Source: Camelus ferus
Lineage: Eukaryota
Assembly (NCBI RefSeq): GCF_009834535.1
Contig: NC_045697.1
Coordinates: forward strand, 32,490,001 to 32,554,000
Length of the DNA stretch: 64,000 bases
Reading direction: 5' to 3'
Shown: one piece after another, positions 12,683 through 24,761 of the stretch
How positions within the stretch are numbered: position 1 is the stretch's first letter
How the letters are laid out: every line of letters begins with the position of its first letter
Notes under the pieces: model-generated
Database searches by the model: none
What the model was told of the DNA's origin: nothing
What the model saw: the letters and a program-made list of their open reading frames with translations, nothing else
Translations under genes and position numbers: made by a program

Positions 12683-12684
<2 letters not shown>

Positions 12685-12716
<32 letters not shown>
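12685..12716. repeat. (TC)16 microsatellite
   Basis: Perfect TC run. Confidence 0.97.
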
Positions 12717-12719
<3 letters not shown>

Positions 12720-12919
12720 TACATCTGTGAATATGTACTTGTCATGGTCACAAGTGAAGTATGTATGGCTACTGTTGTCCTGCAGTCATACAGGTATGGT
12801 TCACATTTAGAACTGCTTTCTTTGACTTTTGTTTCCTTTGCTGTTACATTAGCTGGTCACAATTCTTTACAGGGATCTAAACCTATTGAAATACTTGTGG
12901 CATTCGTTACTCTGTATAT

Positions 12920-13420
12920 ATTTCATGGCCATAACTTTTCATTACTTTTTTACTACTGGAACAGTGGTGCTCTGAATATTATCCTGGGCTCAAGATATAC
13001 CCCTCCATTACCCCATATGTGGTAGCAACTCTGTCTCCTCTTGATGACCAGAAATAACCACCCCAGCCAGAACAGGAAGGAGATTTAGTGCTGTGAGGAG
13101 TCCAAAGCGGCTTAGTAGAAATGTCACCTTTCAGTTCAAAGGAACTTTAATTTTATCCCCTGGAAGAAAGAAACCTCTTCGGAGAACTCAAATCTCTAAA
13201 GCTGGCAGAATTGTAGTGAGGTGAAGCCACCCTCTTCCTAGCTGATCATTAAAGACACTAGCAGTGGAGCCAATCCCACATCTACCTCTTGATTCCCAGA
13301 TTCAGGAATCCTTACTGAGGGGGAAGGTGGTATATATATTGTTGCTTATTTCAGAGCATGTGGGTGTTACAGCTGTCACTGAGTCCTCAGCCCTCAAGAG
13401 GCAGTTCCTGTTGTCTAATA
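12920..13420 (-). mobile_element. ERV-L internal relic (integrase C-terminus and dUTPase), degenerate
   Basis: Minus-strand translation gives RIPESGNQEVDVGLAPL and PGDKIKVPLN*KVTFLLSRFGLL (13163-13089), similar to recalled ERV-L RIHGSRNQGVEMEVAPL and PGDTTMIPLNWKLRLPPGHFGLL. Confidence 0.75.
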
Positions 13421-13630
13421 TATTATTACTTTAGCTTTTTTGGGTCAGTTTTATGCAAAACTACTGTTAACTTATGCATCAATGCTAATGGCGTTTATAT
13501 CTTTAAAATTTTAGTGCTCCTTTGTGTTTTCAAAAAAAACCTCATAGGAAATACATTTTTAAATTTCTAAATGAAAACTTCATATCAGTTTTATGTGTGT
13601 TATCAGTGTGGCGAAGGGTAAGAAAAAGGC

Positions 13631-13670
13631 ATTATTATTATTATATTATATTATTATTATTATCATCATC
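13631..13670. repeat. (ATT)n/(ATC)n imperfect microsatellite
   Basis: Read directly. Confidence 0.9.
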
Positions 13671-14059
13671 ACTTAGAATATTTTTCAAATTACACATCTC
13701 TAAGTGGTATATTTCCCTCTCCATCCTGACAAGCCTTGGAAAACGACATGGAGTAGCATGCACAGTTATGTACCAGCCCCACTGAGAGAGAGAGCACAGA
13801 GAAAGAAGACGGTAAAAGCAGATGGGGATTATAAGAAAATTCTCCTGCTGTACACTTAAACATCAGTCACCACCGTCTTTAAGATCCAGGGGCATACATA
13901 TTCATTGCTGTCTCACTCACTATTATTATCCAAGCCCATATCCATGATTTCAGAATCATGTCTGTGTTTGAATCTACAATCCTGACCTTTTCTTATGAGA
14001 TTCAATGTTTCCATCGGCTTCCTAGACATAAATAGCCTTTGAATATTCACTGTAACGCA

Positions 14060-14155
14060 CTTCAGAGGTTATTGTGAAGATACCATGACTCAGTAATAAG
14101 AGTGCTTTGCACAGTGCCTAGCACATAGCAAGTATTCAGTAAGTCCTGGTTAAAA
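14060..14155 (+). mobile_element. MIR 3' fragment
   Basis: GGTTATTGTGAAGAT...AGTGCTTTGCACAGTGCCTAGCACATAGCAAG. Confidence 0.7.
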
Positions 14156-14520
14156 TATTGCTAATGGTGTATGCAATGCCTTCAGATACTATTGTCAAAA
14201 CACCTGGACATTTTTTGAACACTTATTTAATGCACATCCAAAATTTGCCACTTTATCCTTTTAGATAGAAGCCATTTACCCACCTATGCAGTATTTGCCA
14301 TTATGTAAATTGAAGTTAGCAGTTCTTGGGTAAACACTCATATTTGGGTCATACTGCCTCGAAGGGTGATGAGGACATTGCTTGTCCCATGCAATCATGC
14401 TTTTATCACTTATTTTCTATGCACTATAGAAATAGCAAACCATATTTGAAATATGAGAGGTCAGAACTGAGTCTCTTTTAATCACATGCTCCAAGCAGAC
14501 GGGTGTTAAATTGACATAAC

Positions 14521-14670
14521 AATAGTTAACATTATCAGTTCCTGCTGTGTATCAGGCTCTGTTCAGATCATTTTAATATGTTTGCTCATTTTATACTCTG
14601 ATTACCTGTATGAGATAGGTAATATTATTATTCCCATTTCACAGGTGAGGAATCCACAGCACAGAAAGAT
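14521..14670 (-). mobile_element. MIR SINE fragment
   Basis: ATGAGATAGGTAATATTATTATTCCCATTTCACAGGTGAGGAA core. Confidence 0.8.
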
Positions 14671-14671
14671 A

Positions 14672-15190
14672 GTATCAGTTGGTTTCTATTGTATAACAGA
14701 TTACTTCAAGACGTGGTGCCTCATTGCCATAGCCATTTATGTAGCTCATGATTCTGTGGGTCAGTAAGTTGGTCTGGGCTCAGCTGGGCAGTTCTTTTGT
14801 CATGGCTGGGCCCCCTTAATGCTTTTGCAGTTAGTTACACCTCAGATAAAGTATAGATAGTTTGGAGGTCTCTGCTTCTGGGGGTTGAGTAGATGTTGGC
14901 TGGGGTGACAGTGTGACTAGGTCATGTGTCTCTCATCATCCAGCAGATGACTCTAGGCTTGTCACATGCTAGCTTGGTAGCAAGAAAGAGAGCAAGGCCT
15001 AAATTCAGAAATGGCACAATTCTAATTCTACTCCACTCTATTCGTTAAGGCAAATCATAGTTCCAGCCAAGATTCAAGGGATGAGATGATACACCCCATA
15101 CTTGATGAGAGGAGATACAAAGGTACACTGTAATGGGCTGTGGATACTGGGAGCAGTGTCGTGGCCGTATGTGCTATGTGGCATCCAAAC
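14672..15190 (-). mobile_element. MLT1-family MaLR solo LTR (MLT1G/H-like)
   Basis: GTATCAGTT...TATAACAGA start, AGCTCATGATTCTGTGGGTCAG, GGGCTCAGCTGGGCAGTTC, CCAAGATTCAAGGG. Confidence 0.8.
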
Positions 15191-15633
15191 TAGAGAAACA
15201 GGGTGGCAGGGTGGGGAGAGAGACAGGTTGGAGAAAGTCTATTTATTGGGGATTCCTTAATCCAGCAAGCCCTATAGTTTGAATGGCCACTTATGATATT
15301 CTCTCAAAGTTATAGTGAAACGAATATTAGCTTTAGCCTTCTAACGGTTTCTTTGTCCTGAAATTCTGTATCTGTCTTCAGGTGCAGAGAGCACTGCTGC
15401 AAAACTTCTACAGGTTAATTTGAACACTTTTGAAAGATTTTACTTGATGTGATGTTCAAAGTGAGGGACAGGGGTCAAAGAACTCGACTCTGAAAATTCA
15501 TTATCTGTAATGGTTTTGAACAAACTCTTTTCTTAAATTTATTCATTTTATAGAAGATGGAGAAAGATTGCTTTGTGATTGTTACTCTAATCTCAAATTG
15601 TTTCATCCTACTCTAAAATTAAAGTTTTGAAGC

Positions 15634-16150
15634 AGCCATTTATTGAGCTCCTTCTTTAAGTCAGGCACTTGGCTGCAGGAATTGAGACACAAGACAAAAA
15701 GACGTGCTCTTTTGTCCTGATGCAAGACATAAACAGATACATATAATGCCATATAAGTGGGTGTGTTATGATAGAGGCACAAACAGCATAACTTGAGAGA
15801 GAAGGTTAACCTACCTTAGACTTAGAATTGGGGTTTGGGGAGTTTGGGGGAAGATTTCTTTGTATTAGTGAAGTTTTAAAAGACGAGTTGTAATAACCAG
15901 GCAATGTTCAAGGCTGGAAGGGTGGAATGTGGAAATGTTATAGGAACAGCAACTGAAACAGGTGATTAGGTTATAGTTTCAGGTATCCAGATGAGAAATA
16001 CTGAGGGACAGATAGAAAAGCGATGACAGGGAGGATGGACGTTAGAGAGCTGTAAATGAGACAGACTTACAGGAATGAATGACTGATGAGATGTGAAGGC
16101 CAAGAAAGGAGGAGGAGTTGAGGATGGCTTCCTTGGGGCATGAATAAGTG
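15634..16150 (-). mobile_element. L2 LINE fragment
   Basis: CATTTATTGAGC...AGGCACT antisense terminus; TCCAGATGAGAAATA and GAGGAGTTGAGGATGGCTTC body. Confidence 0.75.
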
Positions 16151-17184
16151 CACGGACAAATCTAGATTTCATATGTATCCCCTATGTACATGCTCTGTAG
16201 AAAGGGGACAGAAGACGAGAATTTTCCATAGAAATCAGTACAGAGAATATTTATGTCCAAATTTGCTCATTGCAGCCTCAGGATTTTTGATAGCAATATT
16301 GCAGAATGTACAGATACCAACACATGTAGAGATAGAGATCCAGGATAAATGAAGATCCATTTCTAGAAATGATTTGTAACCTGCTGATTTTTATAGGTGG
16401 TTTGGAGACTCTTTCGTTAAATCTTTGTAGGCTATGGATTTGTAACCTGTTTGACTTAAATTATGTTGAAGTATTTCCTATAACATTACATATTCGAAAA
16501 ACACACACTTTGTAATGGTCATAAACCATTCAATCCCATGATGCTTTTGTACTTTAAGTAAGAACCCTAGTGTTTATTATAATTTAAAAACTTGTATTTA
16601 AATATTTTATCACATCAGCATCTAAGTAATGGATGACCTATGTATGGCATTTTCCCTGGCCATGATGCTCTCTGAAGAGGAGGATGGTCATCCCTTCATT
16701 GGCTCTGGGCCCTTAGAGTATGCCTGAACTCATGACCGGTCAGGCCACTGGCTCCACTTTCTCTGAAGCTGACAAGGATGACTTCTCCCTTCTCAGTGTC
16801 AAGATTTGGTTTTAGAGAAGAGAGGTTATGTGACATTTAGTTTCTCCCTTTCAAGTCAGCATTTTTTAGGGAATGGATTCCTTCATGGCTTCTTAGGTTA
16901 CAAGGGTAACTGGGGCATTTAGCTGGGAGTCCTAGGGACCTGTACCAATTGTCCTCATTAGTGACTACAGTGGACCCTTTCCCACGTCACATTTGACAAC
17001 ACGTCTACTGTGTATTTATTTCATTTAACTAATGCATACTGTGTTTCCACAAATGTACCAAAAGGGATGAAAATGACCTTTCACATCTTTCTTGTAAAAA
17101 AAAAAAAAAAGATAGAGAAGTAAATATTGCATTACACTGAAGAGCAAGGCAGCAGAGTCAAGGTTGGATGTGGCCCAGAAGTAA

Positions 17185-17335
17185 TTTATATACATAAATT
17201 TGTATATATAGATGTATATATACACATATATAATATACACACATACATAATATATACACATTTATTTTATAGTTCAGTATACACAAACATGATGTATATA
17301 TATTTGTACACATATACAAACAGGTCCATATAGAG
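17185..17335. repeat. TA/CA-rich low-complexity tract
   Basis: Alternating TATA/CACA degenerate repeat. Confidence 0.85.
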
Positions 17336-17359
17336 AGCTAAGAAGTCAATGTTTACCTC

Positions 17360-17657
17360 CATTTTTTAAAGTATTTAAAAATTTACCAGCATTTAAAGAT
17401 AACGAGATTTCACATAAAAATCTGAATTTTCTTGAAAAACTGGAATATCTAGAAATTCTGTTTCTGAATCCAAACATTGTAGCATTTCTATATTCCTGCT
17501 TGGAAACAGTCAGGTAGACCTGAGTGGCTAATGTGTTTCTAGCATGCATTCGTTTGTCCTTTCTAGTTGTTCCATGAACTCTACAGTTGGTTAAAATAGG
17601 ATAATTCACTAATTTTTACCTTATTTGTCTGTAAATATTTGATTTTGAAAATTCTGC
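17360..17657. mobile_element. MER102-like hAT-Charlie DNA transposon
   Basis: GAGATTTCACATAAAAATCTGAATTTTCTTGAAAAACTGGAATATCT and the CTGTAAATATTTGATTTTG...CTG terminus. Confidence 0.65.
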
Positions 17658-20351
17658 TTTACCCTATGTGTTATAAAAAAGAGCATTTCAAGTCAAAGGA
17701 TCTATTTCTTTGGCTATCATCTTCATAGATGTAACTATAGGAAATCAAAGCAATTGGCTACTTCCGTTACTTCAGCCAAAAACTTTTCAATTTAGAGAAA
17801 AATCAGCAAAATCCATAGTCTAAAGCTGAGCAAACATTTGAATGAACAAACTCTTTCTGTCAAATCCCTAAGCCTAGTAACTCCAAATGGATGCAGCCTA
17901 TATTTTTATAGGTACAGTGGAGATTTCACTTCTTGTCATCCATGCACATCACTGAGAGTGATGATTTATGCTTGAAGCATGCTATACATAGGAGACCATT
18001 ATCTCGGTTTTATGTTGGGTGACATTCTTGCCACCTATTCCATTTTCAATTTCTTAGAGAAAGTAACGTCTGAGCTCTTGGTCAGACACAACATAGATTT
18101 TAAAATCATCTGTAGCCCTCAGGAAATGTTAGCAACAACAATAAAAGGACAATAATATAGTAGTAACTATCAAATGCTGTGCTTATAAAATGAACACTGA
18201 GCTCAAACCTATTTTCCTTATGTGATTAATTCTTATGCTCCCACACTGGAAATCTATGATTTAATCATCCATGGCCATAGAATATGCTCTGGAATAATAA
18301 TTCTGGTAGCTACATGTATTTCAGGTTGGTCCTTCAGTTTCTAACAAAAGACACAGAAGATGCGCTTGTGTGATGATGGTTGACTATGTTACTCCACAAA
18401 ACCAGATGTGCTTCCTCTTTGTCATGGCTGAGGCCATTTATGTTCACAAGGAAGTCACTGACCTGGGAATCAAAGGTATATATTTGGCCTTCCTGTGTCA
18501 TTAAGTCAACACTGACAATTCCTCACCCTCCAGGATAAAAGTGAAAATTCCAATCAATCTTTTAAATTTTCACAGCACTGAACTCCAAACTTTCACCCTT
18601 AAGGAAAGTGTTATTTTGTCTTTTTGTCTCAATCATAGTTTAAGTTATATCTCTCACAGATAACAGTGTATACTCCATTGATGCATGGTTTAAGTTTATC
18701 TCAAAGTGTGACATTCTAATTTTATAATATTTAACATGAAAGATTCTCACAAACTGACTTGCAAAATACTCAATTTATTTAACTAAATTTCCCCTACAAC
18801 TTTGTTAGTGGCTATAGAGGATTAAAAAAATAAGATACAGTAAGTTCTTTCACACCAAAATTTGAGATTGAATTTTACAGATAGTTGTTAAGTTAGCAAA
18901 ATTTTAAAGCATAATATTTTTTAAAAATGAAACAAACACTGAACACATGTTATAATTTTGTTTTATCCATGAGTCCCTATCAGGACTTTTTACATTTACC
19001 TTAGAAAAAGATCTTCCAATACCTGACCTCTGCATATGTTATCTCTTGGTTTTTCTATTTGACTAACAGATTATCTTTTTCACTATTCTTGTTAGTATTC
19101 CATAACCGTCTTGCCAAAATCCTTTTTTAGAAGGAACTGTATTTTTCTCTGTGAAAGTTAGATGTTTAGGTTTTTTTCAAAAACAAGGTCTCATTTTCTG
19201 CTCCAGAAAGTCTGAGTTGGTTGGGGATTTTTTTTTTTTTTCAATGAAGTTGTTTTTGTTGAATTCCATAAAAAACAAAAACAAAAAAAAAACTTTGAAA
19301 AAAGGGAATTCACCTTTTTTCTATCTGCTATTTCTTTTGATATGTACATTCCTAGATCAAAATATATTACTTTGAAATGAGTTACAGATCCACTGGTCTC
19401 TGAAAGAAGCCTCTTGGTATAGGAAAATAAAGGGTTCTAAATCATTGTGAACTGGCTCTGTTGTCTTTGTCCTCTTTTCTAGAAACCCTCTGGAGTGCAG
19501 TGGTGTTAATGGAAAGGTCTAGGGGCTAATGTCTGTACTATAAGTTATAATTTTAAATTGTTCTCCAGGAGAAGTATTAACAAAGTACCTCAAGAGCATT
19601 TATTTCTGCTGGAGTAGAAGATCACTTAATTTAGGAAGACATGAGAGATGTGAAGATCTGTCACATTTGAGCTTTTAAGGTTGAGAAGTATTTGAAGAGA
19701 ATTTGAGAGAGAAGATAGGTAAAGAATATGACATAAAAAACTATACAAACACTGGCCTTTCAATTGGAAAGAATGTAGATTTTTCTTGCTGGATGATTTT
19801 CATCTTGCTAATTATTTTTGTGCATGTTCCATCTGAAAGATTGAAACAGTTCTCTTAACAGTTGGCTGTCTACTGGGGGTATCAAGTAGCTACTTTGTCA
19901 GGACCAGAGTGTCATTTGTTGTGTGTCTCACAGTTCTGCATGTTAATGCTAAGTGTGACATGGATAGTAAGGTTGGCGTTAGAGACTCTCTGAAGTGAGA
20001 ACCACATTCATGATGAAACTGCGGAGTGTAAAAATGGGAAAATCATCTAGTAAGTTCGTGAGGCTATGTTGGATTATAATTTCATTTTCATTAGCAATGG
20101 CACTGTTACGGAATAATGAGAGACCTTGAAGTGCAACAGGTCAGTCAGGTCAAAACAAGTTGCTTCCAGTCGTTTAGTGACTTAGAATCTTCCAGTAACT
20201 CTTGGACTAAAATTTGGACATGGGATTTTGTTTACTTACATGTCTTTATGACTGTGGGCATATTATTGATAAACCTATCAAAGGTGATTATAGCTGATAA
20301 TACAGTTTTAGATCCAATCCATGTTCTGCAGTTTCAGTTGAGAAGAGAGGA

Positions 20352-20810
20352 ATTAGCATTTATTGGATCCCTCCTGTGTGTCAGGAGGCTTACTTTTTGT
20401 TCAGTTGCTTGTTTTTAATTTGTATTTTATTGAGGTAACATTGGTTTATAACATAATACAGGTTTTATATGTAAACATTATATTTCTACTTCTGTACACA
20501 CTACAGCGTGCTCACCACCAAAAATTTAGTTTCCATCCATTGCCATACAGGTGATCCCCCTGTATGCATTTTTAACCTCCCCACCACCACCTCTCCCCCT
20601 CTGATAACCCCTGCTTTGTTCTCTATATCTATGTGTTTGTTTTTATTTGGCTTGGCTTGCGCATTTATTTTGTTGTTTATTTTTTGTATTGCACATATGA
20701 GTGAAATCATGTGATATTCGTCTTTACCTGTGTTCTCTCATCCAGTCTTCCCAGTGAGATTGTTGCTGTTACTCACATTTTACAAAAGACAGAAATTAAG
20801 AGGAATGAAG
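20352..20810 (-). mobile_element. MIR split by a younger L1 fragment
   Basis: TAGCATTTATTG...TGTGTCAGG on the left (20352-20410) and CCAGTGAGAT...CATTTTACA on the right (20738-20810). Confidence 0.6.
20411..20730 (-). mobile_element. LINE-1 3'UTR fragment (laurasiatherian type)
   Basis: TTTTATTGAGGTAACATTGGTTTATAACAT terminus; ACTACAGCGTGCTCACCACCAAAAATTTAGTTTCCATCC; CACATATGAGTGAAATCAT. Confidence 0.9.
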
Positions 20811-22261
20811 TGGGGTGGATATGTGTAAATCTGTATTTGTTTGTTTCCTTAGTACCTTTGTTTTTGATGCCTGCACCTCACCTCCTCTTGTACCACATGG
20901 TATCATTACATACTTGGCCCTTCTTTCTTCACCTCCTATATATTAGATTGCTTAAGGAGCAATCTTACGATCTGGGTAACCTGAAAATGATTAATCTACT
21001 TGTGGCCTCATGATTGTGGCACAGCCAGTAAGTGTTCTCTATCAGGGATTGGTGTAACCACTGTGGAAGAGGGGGTTCTTCTCTTTCTGTGATCTTGAAC
21101 TTGACAAAACACGTCATCCTGGAACTCTTTGGCCTCCATCTTTGCTCACATAGGAAGAGATCTTACGTAAGAATAAAGGCAATAGAAGGCATGAAATAAC
21201 TGAGAGATAGGAAAAATAGCCTGATTTAGGAATTTTAACTCATTGTTTAAAAAATCTGGCCATAAAACTTAGTCGAGGGAAGGCAGCTGTCCTTGTAAGT
21301 AAGGACAATAATTACTATGCCTAGAATCTTTCTTGGAGCACTTGTATTCTCATCACTAAAATCTGCTTCATTCTCAATCAGTTCAAAACCTAATTCCTTG
21401 AACTATTTAGGACAAATCTATGATAGGTATTGATCCCACAAAAGTGACTTCAGTTAGTAAAAGGCAGGTGAATTTATGGAACATGTTGAGCAGAGGAGTA
21501 ATTAAGTTTAGTTTAAAATTTAGAAATTAAGGAGGGAATTCTGTTTTTAGTTCTGGGTAGTTTTAAGGGATAGGAAGCATAGTGGTAATTTTTGCTCACT
21601 GTGTTCACTGAGCTTGCAGTGTGTGAGTTGTGAATGTGTTTCTCTGAATTTGCAAAAGCAACATTGGAAATACCAGTACAGAATTGACCCTAGGGGTAAA
21701 ATCTGTATTGGCCTTGGTAAGTTGCAACCTTGTGTCCTGGGGCTTGGCTGTCTCTTTCTATTCTCAATTGTGTTTGAATCATTGAGGGGCATTTTTTCTT
21801 GCTTGACGTACATGCTGTGTTCAGCAGGCCTGTGAGTAGTGACTATCCTAATGGTTTTTACTTCCTGCAAATAGTTCATTCAGAGGCCAGATAATGCCTG
21901 AAGGCACTGAATCTCCCTTTTCTGAAGAAGGATAATAACAAGGCTGTCTTTTTTCCTGTTGCAAAGGGGAGAAAGTGTTCTCTGAAGACTCTTTGGGGAC
22001 ATAGCTGTGCAGATGCAGTTCAGACTGTTACTAGCAAGTTGCTGGGTATCTCCTAGGCACAGGCCCCTTGGTTGGGAATACGTATTGTTAATCTTCAAGC
22101 CATTTTTCAAGGTTTAAATGATGATGGGATTAAGGCGCCAAGAATTTCTAAGTAACAGAAACATACATGAAAATGTGAATGGCATGATGCTTGTGAAAAT
22201 GGATTGCACTGAGTAGGCACTCAGTGTCAGCTCTTTCCTTTCCTCTTCCTTTCTTCCCCTC

Positions 22262-22594
22262 TACAATAGTCTGAATGTTTTATGTCCCTCCCGCTCCCCA
22301 AATTCGTGTGTTGAAACCTAATGCCCAGTGTGTCAGGAGATGGGGCCTCTAGGAGGTGATTTGGTCTTGCTGGGCAGCCCTCATGAATGGGATCTGGTGC
22401 TCTTGTAAAGAAGCCCGAGAGACAGCTCCCTTTCCCCTTCTGACATGTAAGTTACAGTGAGAAGACAGCCATCGATAAAGAAACTGAAGCTCACCAGACA
22501 CCAAATATGCCAGTGCATATTCTGGACTTCCCAACCTCCGGAACCGTGAGAAATAAATTTCTGTTCGTTACAGCAACCTGATCAGACTAAGACA
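22262..22594 (+). mobile_element. MLT1A-like MaLR solo LTR
   Basis: CCCTCATGAATGGGAT, GTGAGAAATAAATTTCTGTT, end GACTAAGACA; 5-bp TSD CCCTC/CCTTC. Confidence 0.88.
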
Positions 22595-23609
22595 CCTTCC
22601 TTTTTCTCCTTTCCATCTTTTCCTCTTTTCCTTGCTTCCTCTGTTGAATACTTACAGCATTTTCCATCCTTCTCTTTGTTTATTGCAATGACTCAATTTG
22701 GCAATTTGTGAAATTTTCAAGCCTTTTTCAATCCTACATTAAAATCTATGTTAAATGTTTAGTGAATTTTACAGCTCCAGATACAGTGAATGCTTTATAT
22801 TGACCTTGTTTACTAAGCACAGGAAATTCCCAGGTATTGTGGCTGCAGTGGATCGTGCATTCACGTCAGAATGAGCTAAATTCTAAAAATAGGTTACGTT
22901 CTGTACGTTAGGTTCTTCCCTAGTGCTTTTCAACCTCTGTTTCTCAGAAACAGTTGATGCAGCTCAGAGGCAGAAAAGAACAGTGAGAGTGAATTCATAA
23001 TTCACTGTGGGAGGAAATGATACTAAATTGCTAATGAGTTCTGACACATACGTCGTCACAAAGTGCTCCAAGTCCTGGTAACATTTTTAGGAGTAACCTT
23101 GCTGAAAAGTTACATATTTCAAGTTTCAAATATGTGTCCATGGTTTATATGTTTATATATTTGTAGCTCATGATTCAGGATCTGTCTTCGTATTCTATCT
23201 ATGTAATATATAATATACATAGATACAGATACATATGACAGTTTCTAATACTTTGGAGACATAATCTTTTTAAATACCCTAAATTTTTCATTATATAACT
23301 GAATTCTTTAATTAGTTTTTCCCATTTTACTAGGATGACAGCCTTAGATTTAAAAACAAACAAAAGAGGCAACTCTGAATTTGTCTGTTTTCCACAGGCA
23401 TGTCTAGATTTTGCTTACTGCCTCAGTCGTTGTTAATGTAAAGCAATGGTTATATGCTACTGAACTTGAGGTCTCAGATTGATCTGATAATATGTACAGA
23501 TTTTATCAACTGGCTGGTTGGGGGCAGTAAGAACTCAACTAATGGTTGATAAATGAGAAATAAAATGAGAACTTCCCTTACCATGGCTGAAAATTGTGTT
23601 GAACTATAA

Positions 23610-23735
23610 TTACACATTTGTGTGTCTGCCTTGTCTTTCTGTGTGTCAGCACCTACAAGAGAGTAGTCATGCCATGTTCAGTCTTGCGTTGTTCTCAGTG
23701 CCTCTTGTGATGCTGGACACATAATCTGTCAAACC
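23610..23735 (+). mobile_element. L2 3' fragment
   Basis: CTCAGTGCCT...TGCTGGACACATAA terminus. Confidence 0.5.
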
Positions 23736-24364
23736 CCATGGCAGAGAACAGTGAATGTGTGACCTGAGGGAGCTAAGGATGTAGTTTGCAGAGGTCAGTT
23801 ACAACCACCATGCTCCTGTGAAGTCTTTGGCTTTTGAAATTCATTTGGGCTTAGATTCCTTACCATAAAATGCACAAGCTGCTTACCTGAATGAGCAAAA
23901 GATGGTTGCTTTAAATTACGTGGGGTTGAATCAGATTTACATGCCAGGACATATGTCGTATTTACCCTGAAGTATCCGATGGTGGATACCTAATCAGGGT
24001 ATGTTGAATTTAATTGAATTTGGCAATCCAGTTTCAGAAAGCCAAGAATACAGACAGTTTAGTTGGGGACAAGGGAGATACAGTTTTTAATCCTCTGCCT
24101 CCCTTCCAGTATTCTGTATTGCTCTTTGCCCGTGTTCCTTCATCTCCACGTCTTGATTACTTCCAGCAGCCTTTATACATCACCTCTTGGCCTTTGTTCC
24201 AGATCTCAGGGGAAGGACTCACAATGGCTGTTATACGTAGGCTTCAAGCTCACTTTGTCACTGTTAAAGGATATTTAGTCTGGTGGGGGCCTATAGAAAC
24301 AAATCACTGTGCCAACTGACTGGCTCTAATGGCTGAATTCTGATTTTTGAATTACAGTCTGTGT

Positions 24365-24700
24365 ATCATAATGACAAGATCATGGGCAGTGGGATCTGAC
24401 AGAGCTGGACCCAAATCCTGGCTCTCTCTATGCCAATTGTGAATTCTCGGGCAGATCATTTAAGCTTTCCATGACTGGCATTGTTTGGGGTGCTCTGTAT
24501 ATTTGATTTAACTTGTTCCTCATTGTTACTTCCTGAGGTTGATACTTTTATGTTCATTGTACACATCAAAGGGCACTCTGCCTTTAAGGTCTTTAAGTGG
24601 TAAGGCATGGTGCTAATTACTGCATCTGCAAAGTGGCAGAGGTAGAAATAAACTCTATCAGTCGAATGTTAAAGTACTTTTCGTGCAACCTGCTATCCTC
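24365..24700. mobile_element. Two degraded MIR fragments in opposite orientations
   Basis: GACAGAGCTGGACCCAAATCCTGGCTCT (plus) followed by CCTGAGGTTGATACT...AAGTGGCAGAG (minus). Confidence 0.55.
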
Positions 24701-24761
24701 TGAAATGATTAACCAAGATCTTAGAGAAGACGCTTCCAAGTATTATAATAGAATTTATAAT

